The translations under genes and the position numbers were made by a program. Under the pieces are notes generated by a model. That model had not been told where the DNA came from, searched no databases, and was given only the letters and a program-made list of their open reading frames with translations. From Klebsormidium nitens (Eukaryota; Plantae; Klebsormidiophyceae): 46,345 nucleotides of DNA. Shown one piece after another: positions 36,975 to 46,345 of this stretch. The stretch is from assembly GCA_000708835.1 (NCBI GenBank), contig DF237548.1, positions 1 to 46,345 on the forward strand. The letters are read 5' to 3'. Within the stretch, counting starts at the first letter, position 1; each line of letters starts with the position of its first letter.

Positions 36975-38969
36975 GCATCTTGGCCATTCCTCAATACTCC
37001 CCAGACTGCGCATTCGTATCCTAACAACAACTCAAGATCTTCACGAATCACCCGTAACAAGAGGCTTTACGAATTGCCAGTCGGATGTTGAAGTCAGTCG
37101 TCGTGGCTTACGAGCAGAACAAAGCCAGAGCGTTTTAAACGTTATTTAACATGCCGTCCATGGTTCGATACCAACCGACATGAAGCGCCTGCTAGAGACG
37201 CCTCCTGGTAGATTAAAGCGAAGCACAGTTCAAAGAAAGCCAGCTAAAATAAGGCGCGAGCTCCAGTAAGAACGCCAGCAACACGAGTCTGAATTGTACC
37301 GAGCGCAATGCGCGGGGCCGGCGACGTCCTGCAGATGGGGCGAAGCACTTCCTCGGGTTCTGCGACGACCTTTCATTCAGAGAAGAGTCCGACTACAGTG
37401 AGGATAGTCGGCTGCAATTATACTCCAGCCTTGATATCTGCAGACCACTTTTAAACATCGGGAAATTTTCCTCCAGAAACTCGTAAACGCTAAACGGCTC
37501 TGTACAGCATGAACACGGGCATACAAAAGCGCAACAGAGCTTGTTTTATAAGCTCACTAGAACGCTAAGAGCCACAAAACTTTAATCAAGCAGCGTCAGA
37601 CTCGAGTCAAGCGCTGTGGCGCTACCTGCGCCAACCACTTCTTGCTTCACGGCTCTTAACAAAGTCTCTTCCTCAAGAAACCGCAATTAGGGTTGCTTCA
37701 ATGTTGTGCTTCGGTCAGACCAACCGGTGAATGAATGGGGCAGCTCAGACCGAAAGCAGGAAGTGGAGGCAGAAGCTCCCAACGAACTGTTTACACGTCA
37801 CCGCTGTTCAGCAGAATGCAGTGACGTACGATTCGTTTTGAAGAAACAAATAAAGGAAGTAATAGATACATGGCGATGCTGGATTCCGCCCGGAGAAGCG
37901 GAAGTGCTTGCAGACTGTAAACCTTCCGTCAACGTTGGCCCATAAATCACGAAGCGTACTAAGCAGAAGCAACAGGCTAGAAACCAGATCAGTGGACCGC
38001 ACGTCGTTCAGCTCGTGTGTCAGGAAAAGCCGAGTAGCACACGAAGGGTGCCGGCACAAAACGTCCCGCGCCTTGCCTCCAACTTTGAAACCGATCTCAA
38101 GGCGACCGGGACAGCAGAGTATCTAGACAGGGCCACTCAGATAGGAATCTCCAAAGAAGCTGAAACATGGTCTTCCAGGATGGGAATGGAAAAAATTGTT
38201 ACATTGCCTTCCAAACAGACTTTAAGCATCCTTATCACGCTGACTTTTCGACAGGTTACTGAAGTCAAGCAGTCGCGGCCTGCTCACACCTAGCTCCACC
38301 TCCCATCCACAAAAGCTCCATTGCATTATTCGGCGCACATAAGAGGACGGATAATGCAGATCAACATCAGGAGATGTTGAATTCAGAACTTGTATAGGCC
38401 TTACTGGCCGCTTCTCCGGCCCTGATGGCTTACTTGACTCGTTCTGGTGCGATTGGACATGAGCATTTGCTCAAGGCGCCCTGTAAACTCACCGTCTGAC
38501 AACCGTAATCAATTATCCATTTTTTTAGATGCTCAGACGGCAAAGCTGCAGATTCCAGACAAGCAATATACAGCCAGACCGACCGTTACCTCTGCTTGTT
38601 GGCCGTCAGTTCTACAACATGCAAATGGCCCCGCATGTCACGGTGGCTATAGAGAGTGCATCACAAACTACTCGGTCTGGCAGGTCCCCAAGTCCAATTC
38701 CAGTGAGCTCGGCCTGGCAACTGGCAGTGATCGTCAAGATGGCCGACTGAAGAGAATGTGTTCCATTCGGAATGAAGAAAAAACTCTTCTCAAAAAGATC
38801 TTGAGCACAAGCAAAGGCCTTCCCGTCCTTGGTTCCTTGCTACAACTGTTACCGCGGAAATAAAACTGACAAGACGTCCAAGTAACCAAAAAGCATTTTT
38901 GAGAGCGGGTCAGGGCATCAGCAACAGTTTCTGAGCCAGTTCTTGAATGATACGGCCCAAGGAGTGGAG
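36975..38969 (-). pseudogene. Degenerate array unit E (~2.0 kb)
   Basis: Marker at 37643. 37100-37260 aligns to 29330-29510, and 38385-38480 aligns to 35885-35985. Confidence 0.58.
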
Positions 38970-40499
38970 GCATCTTTGCCGGTCCCAACAACAGTCTCCC
39001 CAATATACAGCCGTGTACCGTGGCGACTTGCATGGTAAAACGACTTGCTCAATGATGCATCAAAGTAAATCTTGAATTCAATTCAGAACACTGCATGCAC
39101 ACAAGCTCAGCCGATTACTCATCAAGACAGGAGGCCTCTGAAATCACCAAAAGGACAGATCCAAAACATGTAGATGCGAACACACCGGTTTCGTCGACTC
39201 AAACCAAATCTGCGAACCTTGAAGACAGACTTCGTTGGAGTGGGCAGCCGGACCAAATCTGATGGGGCTTGCGATTCATACCCACAGCGATGTGATATGT
39301 ATAAACACCAGAATGCAAGCTTTGCAAAAGGAATCAGAGCGCGCGTTCCTCCAACTTTCTCGCAGGTTGAACACAAACGTTGAGGGCATTGCTGAGAAAG
39401 AGCGCTAGATCCAAGATAGACGAGCACACTTGTTGGTGAGTGGTTGAGGGGCGAGGAAACGCAGATGCTTGCTGATACATGTCGGACAAAGTGACGATGA
39501 CGTTTCACAAAGTGGCTCAGTCGGTTCTTTCGAACTTGACGCATCAAATCAAGGAACAAATGTGTCGTGATCAATTGCTCGGAACTTCATTAGTTTGTTT
39601 GTTCCTGCAGACCTTCAAGAAGGCCAATCACAGTCGGCAATCACCTTCGTTGTCAACAACTTTGACCCAAAAGCTTAACTCAAGCCGAACTCCAGCGTGC
39701 CCAATCACTCGGACCGCAAGCCATACCCGGAACCATTAACTCCGCTTGGGCAAAGCCAGCAGCTCTTGCAGGCCTAGCGCGCCGCTAGCAGCAACCTTGA
39801 CGAACCACTTGAGGGGCGTCCGTCCTTTTCCTGCAAAACACCTCTCAACTTTGAATTACAAGTAAAGTGTGAACAAGTACAACCGACGCAGCAGCACTCT
39901 GGACAGATTTTCCAACACTGTTCTGACTACTATGGGTCGTGTGTGTCCCTTTACGTTTCTCGAAAAGAACGACTAGTCTCGCTACCTTCCGGAACTGACA
40001 TAAGTTGAGCGTCCTTCCTCTGGAAAAAGAGCTCCAAAAAGTAGTGCGACGAAAGTCGTCAACGATCAAAAATGACGACCTTTCACCTCAAGTACGTAAA
40101 GTAGTGGCGTTTCTGGCAACAGCTTGAAAATTACCAATCTCTGGATACGTCGTTCTCCATTCAACCTGCCCCAGGATTCAAGTCCGAGCTCTCTCACCTA
40201 TTCAGACCCGGGAAAGGCACTCTTCTGGTGGCTAGGAAGCACGACAGCCATAAACACTGCCGTTGTACAATAATCTCGTCACACTTATAGGCGTCTTTTC
40301 CAGATCCGAGACCGGCCCACAAAGTTACATAGCGGGAAAAAGCACGAGATCAACGTACCTGCCGCCAGAACCGCAGCCACCACGCCTAGAAACGCATGCC
40401 CCCCCCACGCTAGCCGCATCCATAACTGCAATAAGAAGCAACGGACCGATTAAAAAGAGAAAGGCCTTAATGAGGGCCGAGTGCGCAAGTGGCCAAGTA

Positions 40500-43400
40500 A
40501 GTGGTAAAACCAGCTGCACTGTACCACGAACCTCAGAACATTGACTTCGACAGCGAGTGGATTTGTTACGTGGAAAGCGAGTCAACAAACGAGACCTTTC
40601 CAAACTTTCGGTTGTATCGCCAGTACAAGAGCAGTTTGTGATTACCCGCCATCAAGCCCATGCCGCACGCTTTGGACACACCGAGCGCTTTTCCCCACTG
40701 TTGTTCTTTCTTTGGTTTGAAAGCAATTGCCGACAGCATGAATTTCTAAGGGTGAGGGCATGGGGGTTTTGTTTGATAGATAGATGACGTCATCTGCATC
40801 CGATGTGACTTTGTGCCACGTGGAGCACAGCCGGATGTCAGATCACTGTCACGGCGAGTTGTTGAGCAGAATGAATCTGGGAACTCAAAAAGGACATATG
40901 ATGGATAGAAATCCGATAAGACTTGTGTTGGAACCTAGAGCTGCCAAGGGATGGCGTCATGACGGGAACATACTCAGTTGCCCATATTAAGATGGGCACG
41001 CTGAAGTTTTGCGTCTTCATCGCCTACCTCTTCATCTCAGCAAAGTCGTAGCAAAGGGACGAAAGGCGGGTGAAATGGGCATTCAACTCAATGAATGCAG
41101 GAACCCAAACCACATAGCCTCAGGAAAGCACAGCATACTGTGGGTGTCTGCCCTGAAAGGCATGCGCCGTGTGTCAGATTATGAGTGCTACGAACACACC
41201 ACCAACGCTTTATCGAGCCAGGAAACTGACAGGTCACGTGAGCACTTCACAAAGGAAAGAGAGTCTACATGAAAGCTTCGAAATCATGATGCATGAGAGC
41301 TTGGGCCAAGAGCCACGTGGCAAGCATGAGCTGTGGTACCTGCCATGTTTGCTCAGGGCGGAACGCCCTGAATGATGAACGGGAAGTCCCTGTGATGGAT
41401 GGATATTAAGTGCCACAATAGATACCAAAAGCAACAACCGGCTATTATGAGCATGTGAATGCGTAGGAACTCTTTCGGGTTCTTGAACCCCAACCGTGAC
41501 GGTCTAAAAGAACTTTTTAACGGTTGAAAGAAGGACACGGATGAGCTTTCGGCACTTCAGATTAGCGGACGGACCATTTTGAGAGCATCCAACGCGAAAC
41601 GGCCGAAAGGTGACTCGCTATTCTACCATCACGGGTTGATGCTCCATTGCGAACAGATAGTTCTAAGGGCACATTTCATGCTGTCCCTCTTGACCTGAGT
41701 GGGTCAAGAGCTACACATACTCGACACCAAACGGCATGAAGATCCGAATCTGACATAAGAAAGAGATGCAGACCAACTGTAGGCCTGGAAGCACACCGAA
41801 AGCGGCGGTTGTGCCGAAAAAAACCGACGGCTCAGTGTCTTCACAGAATTGAGGCATCTGGGCGATGTTGTCCAAAGCAACAGAGTGATGACGAGCACAA
41901 TCCCGTCAGCGAGCACAATAACCGCTTTGCTTTTGAGAGCATCGATAGTCCCGTGCCCTTGTAAAATCTCCATTTGAGCGCCCTGATAGCGAAGATTATG
42001 GCTCATGAACATTACGCCGCCTGGACTCTAAGGAATAGATGTTGTAAGCAGGTAAGCTGTGTCAGGCAACTGAGTCAAAAAGCGAACTAGTGGCATCAAC
42101 CTGCTACAAGTCTGCCACTGTGCCATATGAAGCACAAGCTAGGGGCAGAATATCACAGCCACCTCTTTCTGACAGGATTGAACAGCCACGGAGTGCGACC
42201 GGCAGCTTCTTTGCCAAGCCGCTTGAGGGAAGCATAGCCGTTATATTTCGACCGGGCAATGCGTCAGGTGTTGAAGAAGGGGGGCTCCCATGCCAAGCTC
42301 ACGCAACAACAATCTGCAACCGAGAACTACAGAACTGAATCTCAAGAACTCAAACAGCCGTCCCCAATCGGGCACATGAAATCAGATAATTGGAACCTTT
42401 GAGGAACCCGGCTTCTGCTGCTAGGCAATGTCCAAAGTTGGATTGACGGTGCCCACAACAGAGCACGGGTCGGTTTGAATTTGCACATGAAGAAACTCAG
42501 GGCCACTGTGAGATACCATTGGCTCGTTGTCTTCTGACAAGCGTACCTCCACTCATTCGCTCTTCAAAGCGAGAGGCGTCATGTTGGAGCATCATAGCCG
42601 ATCCGCAATCTGAGAAACAATGATTGCACTGACGTACTGTGAGCCGGACTTGCAAACTTGAGAAGGAAAAGGACGACTCGAAAATAAGAAGGCGTCCCAA
42701 ACGGGCCGTAAAGCTGTCTATGTGATCGGAGAACCACGCCCGTAACGTCCGGTGGTGGCTGCCACGAGGTTCTTACATCCTCCTTCTTGAAGACATCAAC
42801 TGAGTTTCGCACAGGAGGAGGGCGTAAGACTGTTCGCAAAGTTACGAAGGGAAACGCGACAGACCCCGAGATAACACGCAACCAGCAGCAATCCAGAACA
42901 CCTACACAACCTAGCCAATATTCCTCGATTTGCAAAGAGACATGTAAAGTATGCCTGGGAAGCCCTTATTTACTTCATGATCTGCCGTCTGAGGGCATCA
43001 GCAAAAGCAACGAGAATTGAGTTGTACAAAACTCAGACACTTGCTCAGCATCGGTGCCAACAACAGGTCGCGTTGATGAAGGAATGTTGGACATACGTGA
43101 AAACTTGAGAACAAAGTCTGAATTGAGAATCCGATCGAAGGACCAAGGAGCCCGTCTGCACGCAAAGAGGTCTGGTCCTGAGAGGTCTGCTTTTCCAGAG
43201 CAGACTTCCAGTCTCTTTCAAACTAGAAACTGAGCACAAGTGATAAGGGTTGAAAGGGTGTTTCAAGTAATTGAAGCAGGTAAACGTAAACGAGCGTTCT
43301 TTCACTGCTGATTAGAGACTTTCACAACTGTCAACGAAGAATATCAGAAGTGACTGCGGTCTCAGTGGTGAGTTACAGACAGAGTAGAGTACTCTTGAAC

Positions 43401-46345
43401 GGCACTCCAGCATCAGTCAAGATGGTCCGACGCATGTTTGGGCGAGGACGCACTGCACCCGGCCCAACTTCACTTGACATCAGAGCTACGTTGAGATCAA
43501 CCGTGAAATGTTCTGGTAAACGTCTGTGCAGGGCATAAATTTCTCTGCTCCATCCGAGATACGGGCGTCGCCCAGGCTGCCCTTCTTGATGAAACGTTTG
43601 CCGAAGATTTTCTCTGACGGAGTGCAACAGTAAAAGATTCTAGATCTACAGAAGGAAGCCAAAGAAAATCTCGGTGTCTGACTGAAGTCCTTGCTCCTCA
43701 AAATGGGCCCCACATTGAGGCCGACATGAGAAACCCTTTGGTGCGGATCTAAAAGATCCACATGTTCTGGCATACAAGTGCCAGAGATCGAAGTGGAAGC
43801 GCAGAAGCAATTGCCATGTCCATATCGAGCAGTTCCACGCAAGTTTCACACCCGGTTTGCTCTGGACCAGGAGTACATTCAGCGGCACCAGCAGAACTTT
43901 CGGTGACGTCAGCAAGGACATGCGGAACTCTGGCCGCATGGGCAAAGCCTTCCGGAGAGCACTACGACCACTCGAATCAAATTGGAACAAGCCGAAAGAC
44001 AGTCCCTGCTACAGCCAGCAAGCAGAGTAAACGCAGGTAGAAGCGACTACAGGGTACAGGGGTTGACGCCGAAGGTGAGAGTGGCGTTCCTCTGGAATGA
44101 TGCACCAATCCCAACTTCATTTCGGGACCCGGGTGGCCTATACGAGCATCATTGCCACTTAAGAGGAGAAGACGATGACGAGAAGGGCTCAGCTTAAGAT
44201 TGTTCTAGCCCGCGAATCTTCCCCCTACTGGCAGGAGCATACCACATTAGCAATTCTAACCAGGCAGAGAAGGTTCATGCAAAAACTTGCCAAGTGAAGC
44301 AGAGCGGCAACGAAAGGGAAATTGATGAGGAATCAATGAAGAGGTGCCGAAGCTTGAGCACCTAGTATGAATTAAAAGCTTCACTATTGGATCTCAAGTT
44401 GAGCACAGAAGCGCCCGATCATACGGCCTCAAATCATCAGCTCATTGCAGAGGCAACAAACTCAAGGTTGACAACAGAGGAGGTTATCAATTCACCGCAT
44501 GGAAGTCAAATGTACTACACGAAACTCTTCCCGCCACTGCTTATGTACATTCTGGGGGTAGTGAGGTAGAATTCGATCAATTGCCTGATTATCATGGCAG
44601 TTAACAACAAGACCACTCGTGCAAGTCATTACGCAACATTGCCACAAACGATTCCAACATAATCAGCATAATCGGTGTAAGCATGCGGAGATGCACAGTC
44701 GAAGACAGTGTTATCACAGTGTTAGAAAGGCGACCAAATGTACCTGACACCAACTCCCGGCAACTTTGCTTGGCATTGCCAAGCTGCAAAGCTCTTCAAT
44801 ATCATCAACCGTACAAGTACCCTGGCCCTCAAACATGCTGCAGCAGGTATGCGGAGGCTTGATAATGCCAGCGGATGGCTATATACCAGCGGTGTCCAAA
44901 TGAAATTAACGGAGATTGAGGCCAATGCCCAAGTTCAAAAACACCAAGGAATGGCACACCTCTTCAACGTAAGTAGAAAAGTAGTTGGGTAAGCAAAGAA
45001 TGACACTCAGGGACGAGTAGACGAGCACCTGAAAAGTTCCTCTGTCATCTCACCTGCAGAAACCCAAGCACTTCCTCCGGAACCACCCCCTCCGACGACC
45101 TTCCGAATGCCACCACCGTTAGCCCGATCATTTCCAGAACGATCACCCTTTGTCCCGGTGTCAACGGCGATGGCAACAGCCAGCTCTCTTTTCCCTCTTC
45201 CTTTCCTGACACCGACGGTCCATCTGCCGGTTTCTGACTAGAGACTGGTTCGGGCGGTGTCAATGGCTCTGCTGGGGGGGTAGAAAGAGGTTTCACGAAT
45301 GGGGCGCGACGAGTTTCGAGGTCGTCGCGGCCGGAGAGGTTGATGAGGCCCGGGCCGGCGTCGAGGGGGGGAGGGGGGATGCCTGGTTTCCGCTTGTCTT
45401 CTGACTGCGCCTGACCTACAAGAAAAGCGACTTGGAACTTGGAAAAGCGATTTGAGCATTTTAACTGGTGTATATACCACCATACCAAGGGCTGTTTGGA
45501 AGTGCCATAGTGTACTGGAACTTGGCGCCTAGTAAAGTTACTGTTGTCCGCGTTGATGTTTTTCTTCCAACGAATTGGCAAAGAAAATATGCTGTGGAAC
45601 AAAAGAGCAAGTATCAGGTGAGACCATCTGCAACAAAACTTCCGAAGGATTGTGCATCATGGTACAAGCCCAGCATCTTCAGGTCTATTTGCGCTTCCGC
45701 CTGCAGCATTGAAGCCTAGAATATTCGATCCTTGACGACAAACCTGGTCCCAAGCATCTCATGCACGATGCTCTGATCCAGTGAAAATTCACTTGATTTG
45801 ACCTTGAGCCCTTTGCTCAAGCCAACGCAAAGCAGAGTACAGAAGTAAGATGTGTATAACTTCCCCCAAAAGTCAGGAAGGGCCGCATGAAGTACCAAAC
45901 TTTTCAGGAAAGAAGCAACAGCATGGAAGATGCTGCAAAACTTACTGATCGCACGCTGCACCTTCTCGAGCCCTTCCTTTGAGACAGCGCTCACTCGCAG
46001 TCGAGCTGCTCTTCTTGAACTTGGCCGAACCTTATACTCTGAAATGCTGCACGGTATATGTGGCAGATTGTCTGCAATTCCATGTGGTCTTGCAAACAGG
46101 GTGGGAGCTCCATGCGCAAGCGCTGAGCAGCGTTCTACTGCCTGCATCGTCACTGCCTGGATTCCTTAGATGGAAACTTCAAAGGCTCTCAGTGTCCTCG
46201 GTCCCAAGCCCTGCGAGTTGCACAGCAGAAGATTGCAGATCTGCTGCAGACGGGAGAAAGCGAAGGCAAACTCTGCATAGTTTGTTGGTCGAATGTGCTT
46301 CCCTGCAACTTGCAAGCAGCTAGCTACGTAGCCTACAGCTAAGGG
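40500..46345. pseudogene. Decayed coding-like region unrelated by eye to the array
   Basis: Array markers are absent. Several medium ORFs fall in one register (minus 43646-43990, 43373-43627, 42497-42700; plus 44387-44569, 44738-44992), as expected for stop-broken frames. Identity unknown. Confidence 0.3.
45045..45602 (-). other. Longest ORF in window (185 aa) with Pro-rich low-complexity segment; possible gene fragment, strand uncertain
   Basis: The ORF track shows IPPPPLDAGPG...STPPAEPLTPPEP. The opposite strand also has a Pro-rich frame (LPPEPPPPTTFRMPPP, ~45070-45120) in the same register as + ORFs 44387-44569 and 44738-44992. No family motif is recognised. Confidence 0.25.

Larger units (their letters stand above)
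3038..40300 (-). repeat. Head-to-tail array of ~11-13 highly diverged, degenerate copies of an unknown coding-like unit
   Basis: Markers recur in the same orientation. GCATCTT(G/T)GCC is at 22144, 25644, 28402, 30956, 34124, 36735, 36975 and 38970. The related CCGCCCAC(A/G)TG is at 4863, 9805 and 17850. TGCTT(C/G)AC(G/T/C)G is at 10751, 13960, 20624, 24458, 27240, 29886, 32332, 32924, 35113 and 37643. Exact longer matches: GGAAGAGAGGCGCGCATCTCA (14703, 18861), GTCGGACCGTGACGCTG (10049, 18096), GGGCTTCACATCGTGA (11841, 17230), GAGCACCCACCA (8617, 20606, 32903). Confidence 0.8.

Noticed and set aside
4364-38863. Individual 120-180-aa ORFs from the track (e.g. 7317-7847, 14009-14482, 14772-15251, 16834-17322, 20786-21229, 33452-33985) as real genes
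   Set aside because: They lie inside degenerate repeats, occur on both strands, often overlap, and are interrupted in paralogous units. They are best explained as pseudogene fragments or antisense shadows.
22144-38980. CRISPR-like or satellite interpretation of the recurring short motifs
   Set aside because: The spacing is kilobases and the intervening DNA is itself homologous, so the motifs are conserved patches of long repeats.
3038-40300. Alternative genetic code or stop-repairing RNA editing as the explanation for in-frame stops
   Set aside because: All three stop codons occur and are accompanied by many frameshifting indels, which recoding or base editing would not fix.
42420-42470. 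WIDGAHN on the + strand, resembling the FolC/FPGS DGAHN motif
   Set aside because: It is an isolated 5-aa match in a stop-interrupted frame with no other FolC motifs.

Overview
The window looks like eukaryotic nuclear DNA of roughly balanced GC content (judged by eye). The taxon cannot be identified. I found no intact, recognisable gene: the longest ORF is 185 aa, and no rRNA, tRNA, CRISPR array or transposase/RT motif is visible. About 37 kb (~3.0-40.3 kb) is a head-to-tail array of roughly 11-13 heavily diverged copies of one coding-like unit (period ~2-5 kb). All copies share one orientation, and all are broken by stops and frameshifts. Substitution patterns at three independent sites indicate the ancestral protein was encoded on the minus strand. 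I cannot assign it to a known family. The array shows mosaic junctions between unit subtypes, a ~192-bp internal tandem expansion and a deletion with filler DNA. Two clear non-autonomous DNA elements are present. One is a 982-bp TTAA-flanked, piggyBac-like MITE carrying four copies of an 18-bp palindrome (2052-3033). The other is a 186-bp element with terminal inverted repeats (TIRs) and an exact 9-bp target-site duplication (TSD), which is Mutator-like (19133-19318). The last ~6 kb is a different, unassigned, decayed coding-like region. All alignments were made by eye, so unit boundaries are approximate (+/-50-300 bp) and their phase is arbitrary.
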